Part shown: in pieces, positions 47,544-56,470 of the stretch | How the letters are laid out: each line of letters begins with the position of its first letter | Position numbering within the stretch: the stretch's first letter is position 1 | Origin: Planctomycetota bacterium | GTDB taxonomy: Bacteria > Planctomycetota > JAJSAM01 > JAJVHW01 | Direction: 5' to 3' | Assembly (NCBI GenBank): GCA_022072415.1 | Contig: JAJVHW010000006.1 | Coordinates: forward strand, 4,958 to 68,957 | Length of the DNA: 64,000 nt | Program-made: the position numbers and the translations under genes | The notes under the pieces: model-generated | The model's database searches: none | The model's input: the letters and a program-made list of their open reading frames with translations, nothing else | What the model was told of the DNA's origin: nothing

Positions 47544-48827
47544 TCAGTTCGGTCCCGCAGCGACGAGCGGCTTCAGGAACGACTCCCACTCGGTCTCGAG
47601 CGGGAGCACGAGGGCCGCGACTCGGGCGGGATCGCGCTCCGCGACCGCCGCGGCGAGCGCGGCGGGGTGCTTCCGCGCGAGGAAGTGGACGACCGACCAG
47701 CACTCCGCGTACGCCGCGGAGCGGCCGGCGGCGCCGGCCGCGAGCACCCGGTCCGAGAGGATGTCCGCGAGCCGCGTGCGGCGTCCCGCCGCGCGCGCGC
47801 CGCGCAGGTCGCCGAGCCGGGCGCGGTTCGGCGCGTCGGGGACGAACGTCCCGCGCCCCTGCACCTCGAACAGCGTGGCGATCCCCTCGACGAGCCAGAG
47901 CGGCTGGCCCGCGCGGCAGACCCCGGTCGCGAAGGCCACCTGGTGCGCCGCCTCGTGCGTGACGGACGCGAACGACTCGCGCTCGACATGCTCGTCGAGG
48001 GCGCGCCGACGCGCCTCGATCTCGCGCTCGAGGCCCTCGACGGACTCCCGGGCCGACGATTCGTCCGCGCGGACCGCGGCGAGGCGGGCGTCGAGGGCGT
48101 CCCGTGCCGCACGCGCCGACGCGCCCCGCACCGCGGCGCGTTCGGCCGTCAGGGATGCGATCGCCTGCTGCACGCCGAGCAGCGCCGACCGCGCCGCGGC
48201 GAGTTTCTCCTCCGCCTCGGAGATCGCCGTCCGCGCCGCGCGCACGTCCGGCGACTCCTCGACGTCGTAGACGAGCACGCGCCCGGCCCCGTGGTCGTAG
48301 ATCCCGGTGAGCCCCTTCACCTCGTCCGAGGGACGCGCGAGCGCCGCGGCGAACCGCTCGAAGCTGGCGAAGACGCGCACCTCGAGCTTTCGGCCGACCT
48401 GCGCCGCCGGGATGCCGAGCGATGCGCACCACGCATGGAACTTCGCGTACGCCGCCTCGAACCGGTCGGCCCGCGCGCGCATGTCCCGGACGCCGGCATC
48501 GTGCGCGATGCGGTAGTGCGCGGTGACCACCAGCCCCGCGCCCGGTCCGTGGAGCGCGCGCAGCGCAGCGTCGGCCGACGGGTCGTCGGGGAGCGCGCCG
48601 ACGGCCCCGGCGGGCGGAGCGGAGGCTCCGGGCGTCCGCTCGATCGACGCGACCCGGTCCCGCGGCAGCGTGACCGCGCCGCCCGCGACCGCCACGCGGA
48701 CGTGCGTGTCCGTCTCGCTCACCTCGCCGACGAGCGTCCCTCCGCCGGAGAGCCGGACTTCGTCGGCCGCGCCCCGCGCCCCGAGGGCGAGGACGGCGGC
48801 GGACGCCAGGGGGACGACGAAGCGCAT
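47544..48827 (-). CDS. Secreted DUF1570-type zincin-like protein with coiled-coil insert
   Basis: [32 protein letters not shown]. Confidence 0.82.
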   Translation of the reverse strand: MRFVVPLASAAVLALGARGAADEVRLSGGGTLVGEVSETDTHVRVAVAGGAVTLPRDRVASIERTPGASAPPAGAVGALPDDPSADAALRALHGPGAGLVVTAHYRIAHDAGVRDMRARADRFEAAYAKFHAWCASLGIPAAQVGRKLEVRVFASFERFAAALARPSDEVKGLTGIYDHGAGRVLVYDVEESPDVRAARTAISEAEEKLAAARSALLGVQQAIASLTAERAAVRGASARAARDALDARLAAVRADESSARESVEGLEREIEARRRALDEHVERESFASVTHEAAHQVAFATGVCRAGQPLWLVEGIATLFEVQGRGTFVPDAPNRARLGDLRGARAAGRRTRLADILSDRVLAAGAAGRSAAYAECWSVVHFLARKHPAALAAAVAERDPARVAALVLPLETEWESFLKPLVAAGPN

Positions 48828-48866
48828 CGCCGCCTCATCGGCAGGAACGGCGCGGCACCTGCAGCG

Positions 48867-51269
48867 TCACTGGATGGTCCAGGACAGGCGGTAGCTCGCC
48901 CGCGGCGCGGTCGGATAGGCAGTCACGCGCAGGAAGTGCGTCCCACTGGACGAGGGCGTGTACTCGAGGAAGAAGTTGTAGTCCGTCTGCCCGAAGATGT
49001 CCGTGTAGTCGTCCGCGTAGCCGAGCTCGAGCGTGCCTCCGGCGTCGGCGAAGATCGTCCCCACCGTGTCGCCGTCCCCGGTCGTGTAGAAGGCGTAGGT
49101 GTTCCCGGCGACGAGGTCGATCGCGTACCAGTCGGCGATGTCGTTCGCGTCGAGCTCGTGCTGCGACGTCGTGCCGAATGAATCGGACCCGAGGTCCGTC
49201 GCGCCGGCGCCGTTGTCGTCCTCCGGATCGAACGCGTCGAGCCCCGGCGAGCCGGACACGTTCACCGTGATCGCCGTCCCCGCGAAGCCGTTCGCGTCGT
49301 AGGGCCCCACGCGGTAGGTGTGCTGCCCCGGGCCCGGGCGGTGCTTGTACGACTTCGCGCCCGCTCCGAGGTTCGTCAGCGTGACGAACCCCGACGGCCC
49401 CTCGAGCTCGACGCGGTACCCCTGTTCGCCGGCCGCGCGGTCCTTCCACGTGAGCTTGACGACGCCCCTCCGGTTCACGGTCGCGCGGAGCCGCTTCACC
49501 GCCGCCGGGAGCTCCCCCGCCGGCGCGTAGTAGACGAGGGAGTACGACGTGTCGGACGCCAGCGCGCGGCGGACGCGGAGCCAGTGCCGCGCCGTCGCGG
49601 TCGCGACGTGCTGGATGCGGAACCCCGTCCCCGCCACGCCGGAGTCGGCGGCGACGACGTTCGCGCCGCCCGCGTCGAGCGACAGGTCCGCGCGCACCGG
49701 GCCGGACGCCTGGAACACGTACGTCGTGCCCTGCGCGAGGTCGAACGCGAACCAGTCCTCGGGATCGGTGGTCTGGAGGGTGTGGAGCCCGTGCGACGCC
49801 GCGTTCCCGGGCGGCGGGCCCATGTCCGTCGCGCCTGCGCCGGTGTCGTCCGTCGGGTCCCACGCGTCCGGCATGGGCACGGGCGGCTGCCCGTCGCCGA
49901 GGAACGGCGCGAGGAAGTTCTCGTAGCTCACGTCGAAGCGCCCGTAGTCGTCTGGGTCCCGCAGCGCGTTGCAGAAGGAGAGCCCGCAGCAGAGCTGCCC
50001 GATCACCTGCTGCTGCGCGTTGAAGAGCGCGGAGCCGGAGGATCCCTGCGCCGTCACGCCGTCGTCCCACGTGACCGTGTGGAACGCGCCGGTCCGGTCG
50101 GTCAGCTCGCCGTAGCTGATCCGCATGTGCTCGCCCTCGGGGTGGTGCACCCCGAGGACCGTGATCCCCTCCTGCGGCGTCGCGGCGTTCCAGCCGCAGA
50201 AGTACCGGTTCGAGGGCAGCGTGCCCGTGATGCGGACGAGCGTCACGTCGGTCGAATCCGACGTCACGGAGAGCTGCGCGCCGACGGTGCGCGGCACCGA
50301 CCCGATCGAGGGCGGCGAGCCGCCGCACGTGGACGCCTTGTAGTCCCAGAAGAACTCCATCGTGCGCGCCACCTTGTCGGTGGAGACGCAGTGGTTCGCG
50401 GTCAGGAAGTACGGGATCGTCGTGTTCGGATCGGAGTCGTTGAGCAGCGTGCCGGAGCAGAGGAACGTCGAGCCTCCGCTCGTGAACTCGTAGCGGGCGA
50501 CGGCGCGGGAGACGTTGGCGTTCCACGTCGCGTCGCACGCGATGTTGTTCATGCAGGAGAGGTTCGCCGCGAGTCCGGCTCCGTCGTCGTGGACGTGCGA
50601 CGGCTCGTCGGGCGCCTTGTAGCGGTGCGTGATCCCGTCGATCTCGAGCGAGACGCGGCGGTCGAGGGACTCCTCCGGCACGCGGAGCGTCACGCGCACG
50701 CGCTCGCCGAACACCGTCGGGGACATGAGGAAGCCGCCGTCCTCGGGCATGCGGAGCGGGCCGTAGGCCTCCTTCGGCTCGTCGGCGTCGGAGACGATCA
50801 GCTCCGCGCCCGGCGGCAGCGACGCGCGGGAGAACTTCACGCGTACGCCTCGGGCTCCGGCGGACTCGACGAGCGCCGTCCACGTGCGGGAGCCGTCGCC
50901 GCCGGTCTCCGCATCGCGCCAGCGCGACGGCCGCGGGGGCACGCGGATCACGCCGGTCGCGCGCTCCACGCCGACGCGGCTCCAGCGCTTCGCAAGTGCG
51001 CCCGGACGCGCCTTCTCGACCTCGTCCTGCGCGCGGAGCGACGCCTCGTCGATCGGAGGGAGCGAGACGCGCCGCGCCGGGGCGCGCGCGGACTTCGACG
51101 CTCCGCCGGGCCACGCCTTCCGGGCGGCCTCCGGGCTCGCCGCGTCGCCGAGGAGCGGCAGGTCGCGGGGTCCCTCGGCGCCGGGGGCTTCCTGGGCTGC
51201 GGCGGGCGCCGCGGCTGCCGCCAGCGCGAGCCCCAGAAGGACCCGCGCCGCGTTCGGACGGACGTGCAT
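48867..51269 (-). CDS. Secreted trypsin-like serine protease (lysyl-endopeptidase-like) with PPC/FN3-like domains
   Basis: CSGTLLN, YFLTANHC, VHHPEG, GSSGSAL; EDWFAF and ADWYAI PPC-like repeats. Confidence 0.9.
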   Translation of the reverse strand: MHVRPNAARVLLGLALAAAAAPAAAQEAPGAEGPRDLPLLGDAASPEAARKAWPGGASKSARAPARRVSLPPIDEASLRAQDEVEKARPGALAKRWSRVGVERATGVIRVPPRPSRWRDAETGGDGSRTWTALVESAGARGVRVKFSRASLPPGAELIVSDADEPKEAYGPLRMPEDGGFLMSPTVFGERVRVTLRVPEESLDRRVSLEIDGITHRYKAPDEPSHVHDDGAGLAANLSCMNNIACDATWNANVSRAVARYEFTSGGSTFLCSGTLLNDSDPNTTIPYFLTANHCVSTDKVARTMEFFWDYKASTCGGSPPSIGSVPRTVGAQLSVTSDSTDVTLVRITGTLPSNRYFCGWNAATPQEGITVLGVHHPEGEHMRISYGELTDRTGAFHTVTWDDGVTAQGSSGSALFNAQQQVIGQLCCGLSFCNALRDPDDYGRFDVSYENFLAPFLGDGQPPVPMPDAWDPTDDTGAGATDMGPPPGNAASHGLHTLQTTDPEDWFAFDLAQGTTYVFQASGPVRADLSLDAGGANVVAADSGVAGTGFRIQHVATATARHWLRVRRALASDTSYSLVYYAPAGELPAAVKRLRATVNRRGVVKLTWKDRAAGEQGYRVELEGPSGFVTLTNLGAGAKSYKHRPGPGQHTYRVGPYDANGFAGTAITVNVSGSPGLDAFDPEDDNGAGATDLGSDSFGTTSQHELDANDIADWYAIDLVAGNTYAFYTTGDGDTVGTIFADAGGTLELGYADDYTDIFGQTDYNFFLEYTPSSSGTHFLRVTAYPTAPRASYRLSWTIQ

Positions 51270-51434
51270 CGATCGCTCCTCCGCGCGGAGCCGGGCTGCG
51301 AAGGACCGGCGCCGCAACGGGGATGATGACACGAGTTTCCCGGCACGGGCCGGAGATACGCGAGCTCCCTCCCCGCCGGGCGCAGAGGCCCCTATGGAAC
51401 CTGCCGCGCCGCGACAGGTTCCTTCACGGCCTCA

Positions 51435-52202
51435 TCAGCCGCCGCCGCGCCCCTTCGGCACGGTGAGCCCGTACCAGAGGATGTGCCAGAAGGCGGCGAT
51501 GCCGTCCTTCCACGTAATCTTCTTCCCCTCGGCGTACGTGCGCCCGTCGTACCCGATCCCGACCTCGTAGAACCGCCACCCGGCGCGCGCGAGGCGCACG
51601 GTGATCTCCGGCTCGAAGCCGAAGCGGTCCTCCTTGAGGACGAGACCCTGCACGCACTCGCGGCGCATGGCCTTGAAGCACGTCTCCATGTCCGTCAGGT
51701 TGAGGTCGCTCGTCATGTTGCTGAGCGTCGTCAGCATGCGGTTCCCGACGGTGTGCCAGAAGTAGAGGACGCGGCCCGCCTCGCCGCCGCGGAAGCGGGA
51801 GCCGTAGACCACGTCGGCGCGGCCGTCGGCGATGGGCTCGAGGAGCTTCCCGTACTCGCGGGGGTCGTACTCGAGGTCGGCGTCCTGGACGAGCACCGCC
51901 TCGCCGGTCGCCGTCGCGAACCCGGTGCGCATCGCCGCGCCCTTGCCTTCGTTCCGCTCCTTCAGGACGAGCCGGTCGATCCGGTCCCGGATCCGCTCGA
52001 GTTCCCGCCGCGTCCCGTCGGTCGAGCAGTCGTCCACGACGACCACCTCGACCGAGGCTCCGAGGTGCGACAGGTCCACCGCGCGGACCTTCTCCACGAC
52101 GGCCGCGATCGTCGCCTCCTCGTTGAAGCACGGGATGACGACGGAGACGCGCCACGGGCGTTCGAGCGGCTTGCGTGCGGAGGCGTCGCGGGCGGCGGTC
52201 AA
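51435..52202 (-). CDS. Glycosyltransferase family 2 (DPM1-like)
   Basis: VSVVIPCFNEE, VDDCSTDGT, QDADLEYDP, LTDMETCFK, EGKKITWKDG. TTG start chosen outside the MITE. Confidence 0.92.
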   Translation of the reverse strand: MTAARDASARKPLERPWRVSVVIPCFNEEATIAAVVEKVRAVDLSHLGASVEVVVVDDCSTDGTRRELERIRDRIDRLVLKERNEGKGAAMRTGFATATGEAVLVQDADLEYDPREYGKLLEPIADGRADVVYGSRFRGGEAGRVLYFWHTVGNRMLTTLSNMTSDLNLTDMETCFKAMRRECVQGLVLKEDRFGFEPEITVRLARAGWRFYEVGIGYDGRTYAEGKKITWKDGIAAFWHILWYGLTVPKGRGGG

Positions 52203-52216
52203 GCCGGGGAGTGTAA

Positions 52217-52451
52217 GGCGTCGTCCCGAAACAAGTGACACACTTGGCCGCGATGCGGCGAGCCGGCTGCAAGGCGGGCGAGCGGCGCCAACTCGACGGA
52301 GAGAGTTGCGGCGCGAGCCCAACGCAGCAGACGGCCGCCGGATCGCGGCAGCTTGCTGGCGTGCGGGTTGCGATCCGTTCGTACAGGGTTTTCCGGCGAC
52401 GGACGTCGCAACCCGCATGACGAAGTGTGTCAGTTGTTTCGGGACGACGCC
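52217..52451. mobile_element. 235-bp MITE-like element, copy 2 (inverted relative to copy 1)
   Basis: Same TIRs and length; flanks TAA/CAA. Confidence 0.88.
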
Positions 52452-52522
52452 CAAGTGGCGTCCGGCGCGCCCGGGAGTTCCGGCGCGGCGGGCCGTCGTC
52501 CCGGCGAAAGTGGCCCGTTCCC

Positions 52523-53161
52523 ATGGGCGACACGGGTTCCCCCCAGGCCGAGTGCGACCGCTTCTTCGAGGCGGCGCAGGCCGCGATCGACACGCAGCGC
52601 TTCGACGACGCCGAAGCCGCTCTGCTCGAGGCCGCAGGTGCCGCGGCTCGGTGCGGTCCGAGGGACCCGCGGAACGCGGTCGCGATGCATCACCTCGGGA
52701 TCGTCCACGGCGCGCGCGCGCGCTTCGGAGACGCGGAGCGGGCGCTGGTCGCGGCGGTCGCTGCGTGGGAGCGTTCCGTCGGGCCGGACGATCCGCACGT
52801 CTGCGCCAGCGTGAACGCCCTGGGCCACGTGCTCGCCCTGGCCGAGCGCCACGAGGAGGCCCTCGCGCAGTTCGGGCGGTGCCTCGCGATCTGGGAGCGC
52901 GTCCGCGGGCCCGCGCACCTGGTCGTCGCCGCGTGCCTCCACAACGTCGCGACGCAGCACGCCGCGCTCGGACGGCACGAGACCGCGGTGCCGCTGTTCG
53001 AGCGCGCGCTCGCGATCGACGAGTCGGCGCGGGGGAAGGACCACCCCGGCTCCGCGGACACGCTCGAGGTGTACGCCGAGTCGCTCGCTGCGCTCGGCCG
53101 CGAGGCCGCGGCCCTCGCCGTCTCCGGACGTGCCGCGGCGCTCCGGGCCGCCGCGTCCTGA
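52523..53161 (+). CDS. Tetratricopeptide repeat protein (KLC-type TPR)
   Basis: Repeats such as GPDDPHVCASVNALG and LFERALAIDE..RGKDHP. Confidence 0.85.
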   Translation: MGDTGSPQAECDRFFEAAQAAIDTQRFDDAEAALLEAAGAAARCGPRDPRNAVAMHHLGIVHGARARFGDAERALVAAVAAWERSVGPDDPHVCASVNALGHVLALAERHEEALAQFGRCLAIWERVRGPAHLVVAACLHNVATQHAALGRHETAVPLFERALAIDESARGKDHPGSADTLEVYAESLAALGREAAALAVSGRAAALRAAAS

Positions 53162-53180
53162 TCCGCCGCGCAACGCCCCG

Positions 53181-54413
53181 TCAGGCGCGACCCGCCGCCA
53201 CGGACTGCACGCGGAGCACGGCCGCGGCCCTCCGTCCGTCGGGCGAGATCCGGCAGCGGGACCCCCGCGGCACCAGCACGGCGCCGCCCGAAGGCGCGAT
53301 CCATGCGCGGTCCCCGGCGTGGACGCGGATCGGCCCGGCGAGCACGATCATCACCACGTCTCCCCGCTCGGCGACGACGCGGACTTCGGCACCCGCGGGG
53401 ATCTCGTCGCGAACCGCACGCACGCACGACGACGCGACCGCGAACGACTCCGGATCGCGGCTCGCCGCCTCGGGAGTGACGTGGCGCCACTCGAGCGGCC
53501 GCGGTCCCGCGGGATCCGCCACGGTGAACGCGCGATATGCCCGCACCTCGTCGAGACCGTCCACGCCCAGCGCCTCCGCGAGTCCGCGGTCGTCGTCGGG
53601 GTGCTCCGCGAGGTACCTCACGACGAACGTCCTCCGGAGCGACTCCGCCGTGCAGCGCACGCCCGCCGCGTCGGCGGCCCGGCGCACGGCGTCCTCGACC
53701 GCACGCGCGTCCATCGCCGCCCGCCCGCCCACCCGGAACAGGAATCCTCCCCGCCGGCGCGGGTTCTCGGCGAGGAGCGCGGCCATCCGGGCCGACGCGT
53801 AGGGACCGAGACGGAGGAGCTTCGGGCGGCGCCCCCGGACCCGCACCCACTCCGCGCGTCCGGCGCGGATCTGGACGTCGCCGGACCGGATCCGCGCGGC
53901 GTCCTCCGCGCGAAGCCCCGTGCCGAGCAGCAGCGACACGATCGCCGCGCACTGCGGGCCGAGCACGTCCGCCGCGGCCCGCAGGCGCCGCTCGCCCGCC
54001 GCGTCGAGGGCCGCCGTCGCGTCCCTGCGGGCGACGTCGAGGAACGGAAGCTCCGCGAACCCGCGGGCCGTGCGCTCGAGCCACGGCTCCGCGCGTGCGG
54101 CGAACGCGGCGTAGCGGCGGAGGAAGGAGAGCCGGCGGTTCAGCGTCGCCGGCGCGGTCCCCGAGGCGAGCTGGCGCCGGCGCATCCGGTCGAACCTGGC
54201 CGGTCCGAAGTCCTTCAGGTCGAACTTCCGCCCCCGGGGACCGGCGCACGCCGCGAGCGTGGCCCAGTCCGACGCGTAGCACGCGCGCGTGACCGGCGCC
54301 AGGCCGTCGCGCCGCAGGTGCTCGCGGAACGCCTCGAACCGGCGCGCCTCGCGCGGCGTCGCGCGGTCACCCCCGGATTCGGCGACGTTTCGTGCGGGCG
54401 TGCGCGTACTCAT
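53181..54413 (-). CDS. Atypical XerD-like tyrosine recombinase fused to a C-terminal cupin
   Basis: SAM-like APVTRACYASD...APATLNRRLSFLR, TGLR, TAESLRRTF, LGV...RAY, then cupin-like MIVLAG...GGAVLVPRG. Confidence 0.78.
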   Translation of the reverse strand: MSTRTPARNVAESGGDRATPREARRFEAFREHLRRDGLAPVTRACYASDWATLAACAGPRGRKFDLKDFGPARFDRMRRRQLASGTAPATLNRRLSFLRRYAAFAARAEPWLERTARGFAELPFLDVARRDATAALDAAGERRLRAAADVLGPQCAAIVSLLLGTGLRAEDAARIRSGDVQIRAGRAEWVRVRGRRPKLLRLGPYASARMAALLAENPRRRGGFLFRVGGRAAMDARAVEDAVRRAADAAGVRCTAESLRRTFVVRYLAEHPDDDRGLAEALGVDGLDEVRAYRAFTVADPAGPRPLEWRHVTPEAASRDPESFAVASSCVRAVRDEIPAGAEVRVVAERGDVVMIVLAGPIRVHAGDRAWIAPSGGAVLVPRGSRCRISPDGRRAAAVLRVQSVAAGRA

Positions 54414-54427
54414 ATAATACGACTATA
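54413..54427. promoter_or_regulatory. Overlapping divergent -10 elements
   Basis: TATAAT (+, 54413-54418) and TATAGT (-, 54422-54427, 8 nt before ATG 54413) in a local AT-rich patch. Confidence 0.65.
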
Positions 54428-54474
54428 ACGTCCCCGCTCCCGGAGGCAACCGGAGGCCGGGCGGAGGAGACCGC

Positions 54475-55605
54475 ATGCCGAACGTCCGCTACGTGACGAA
54501 CCTCGCCGCGCTTCCGGGGATCCCGGCCCACGCCCGCCCCCACCTCGAGCGGATCGCGGAGAAGTACAAGTTCCGGGCGAACGACGGCTACCTCGGCCTG
54601 ATCGACTGGTCGGACCCGGCGGACCCGATCCGCCGGATCGTCGTCCCGGACGCCGGGGAGTCGGAGGACTGGGGCGCCCTCGATGCGTCGAACGAGGCCG
54701 CGCACACGGTCGCGCCGGGGACCCAGCACAAGTACGCGCAGACCGCCCTCCTCCTCGTGAACGAGGTGTGCGGCGCGTACTGCCGGTACTGCTTCCGCAA
54801 GCGCCTGTTCATGGACGGGAACGACGAGACCTCGATGGACGTCGGCCCCGGCTGCGAGTACATCGCGGCGCGGCCGGAGATCACGAATGTCCTGCTGACC
54901 GGCGGCGATCCGCTGGTCCTCTCCACCCGCCGCCTCGGCGAGATCCTCGCCCGGGTGCGCGCGATCCCCCACGTGCGGATCATCCGGATCGGCTCGAAGA
55001 TGACGGCGTTCAACCCGCACCGGATCCTCGGGGACCCGGAGCTTCCGCGCATGCTCGGCATGCACAGCCTCCCCGACCGCCGCGTGTACCTGATGGCGCA
55101 CTTCGACCATCCGCGCGAGCTCACCGGCGACGCGGTGGCCGCGATCGACGCGCTGATCCGGGCCGGCGTCATCGTCGTCAACCAGTGCCCCCTGCTCGCG
55201 GGGATCAACGACGACGCGGACACCCTCCGCACGCTCTTCCGCGAACTGTCGTTCGCGGGCGCGCCGCAGTACTACGTGTTCCAGGGACGGCCCACGGCCG
55301 GGAACCTCCCGTTCCGCGTGCCGATCGTGCGCGGGTGGCACATCTTCCAGGAGGCCCTCCGGGGCATCTCCGGGCTCGCGAAGCGCGCGCGCTTCGTGAT
55401 GTCGCACGAGAGCGGCAAGGTCGAGGTGGTCGCGGTGACCGACGACGACGTCATCGTGCGGTACCACCGGGCGCGGGACCCGGCGATGCGGGGCCGCGTG
55501 CTCGTCTACGAACGCGACGACGACGCCGCGTGGCTCGACGAACTCCGCCCGCGGGGCCGCCGCCCCTCGGACGAGCCGGTCGGCGCCGCCCTCGGGCCGG
55601 AGTAG
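54475..55605 (+). CDS. KamA-family (lysine 2,3-aminomutase-like) radical SAM protein
   Basis: HKY, CGAYCRYCFRKR, LLTGGDPL, HFDHPRE, NQCPLL.GIND, YYVFQ. Confidence 0.92.
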   Translation: MPNVRYVTNLAALPGIPAHARPHLERIAEKYKFRANDGYLGLIDWSDPADPIRRIVVPDAGESEDWGALDASNEAAHTVAPGTQHKYAQTALLLVNEVCGAYCRYCFRKRLFMDGNDETSMDVGPGCEYIAARPEITNVLLTGGDPLVLSTRRLGEILARVRAIPHVRIIRIGSKMTAFNPHRILGDPELPRMLGMHSLPDRRVYLMAHFDHPRELTGDAVAAIDALIRAGVIVVNQCPLLAGINDDADTLRTLFRELSFAGAPQYYVFQGRPTAGNLPFRVPIVRGWHIFQEALRGISGLAKRARFVMSHESGKVEVVAVTDDDVIVRYHRARDPAMRGRVLVYERDDDAAWLDELRPRGRRPSDEPVGAALGPE

Positions 55606-55641
55606 CGCGCGCGGCGCCGGATCGGCGAGAGTCGGCGCTCC

Positions 55642-56466
55642 ATGGAACTCCGCAACTACGTCACGACGCCGGACCTCGTCACCGCGGTGCAGGCGGCCGT
55701 CGCGCTGGAGCGCCCGCTCCTCGTGAAGGGCGAGCCGGGGACGGGGAAGACCGTCCTCGCCGAGGAGGTGGCGGCGTCGCTCGGGAAGCCGCTCTTCCGC
55801 TGGCACGTGAAGTCCACCACGAAGGCGCAGCACGGGCTCTACGAGTACGACGCCGTCGCGCGGCTCCGCGATTCGCAGCTCGGCGACCCGCGCGTGAGCG
55901 ACGTGCGGAACTACATCGTGAAGGGCCGCGTGTGGGAGGCGTTCGAGGCGCCGGAGGGCGCCGTGCTGCTGATCGACGAGATCGACAAGGCGGACATCGA
56001 GTTCCCGAACGACCTCCTCCAGGAGCTGGACCGGATGGAGTTCTTCGTGCACGAGACCCGCGAGTGGGTCCGCGCGAAGCGGCGCCCGCTCGTCTTCATC
56101 ACGTCGAACAACGAGAAGGAGCTCCCCGACGCGTTCCTCCGCCGGTGCTTCTTCCACTTCATCCGGTTCCCCGACCGCGAGACGATGGCGCGGATCGTCG
56201 CCGTGCACTTCCCCGGACTCCAGGAGGCGCTCCTCCGCGAGGCGCTCTCGCTCTTCTACGGACTCCGCGACGTGCCGGGGCTCCGGAAGAAGCCGTCCAC
56301 TTCGGAGCTCCTCGACTGGGTGAAGCTCCTCGTGCACGAGGGCGTCCCCGCCGAGACCCTCGCCCGGGCGGACGCGCAGGCGCCGCTCCTCGGCGCGCTG
56401 CTGAAGAACGAGCAGGACACCGCGACGGTCCGTCACGCCGGGCTCCGCCGCTCGCGCAGGGCGTGA
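55642..56466 (+). CDS. MoxR-family AAA+ ATPase
   Basis: GEPGTGKT, LLIDEIDKAD, ELPDAFLRRC, KKPSTSELLDW. Confidence 0.93.
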   Translation: MELRNYVTTPDLVTAVQAAVALERPLLVKGEPGTGKTVLAEEVAASLGKPLFRWHVKSTTKAQHGLYEYDAVARLRDSQLGDPRVSDVRNYIVKGRVWEAFEAPEGAVLLIDEIDKADIEFPNDLLQELDRMEFFVHETREWVRAKRRPLVFITSNNEKELPDAFLRRCFFHFIRFPDRETMARIVAVHFPGLQEALLREALSLFYGLRDVPGLRKKPSTSELLDWVKLLVHEGVPAETLARADAQAPLLGALLKNEQDTATVRHAGLRRSRRA

Positions 56467-56470
56467 CGGC

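Noticed and set aside
54399..54430. Partial likeness to a dif site (GTGCGCGTAC resembles the XerC arm)
   Set aside because: The XerD arm does not match, and the AT-rich patch is explained by two divergent -10 boxes and the start codon.
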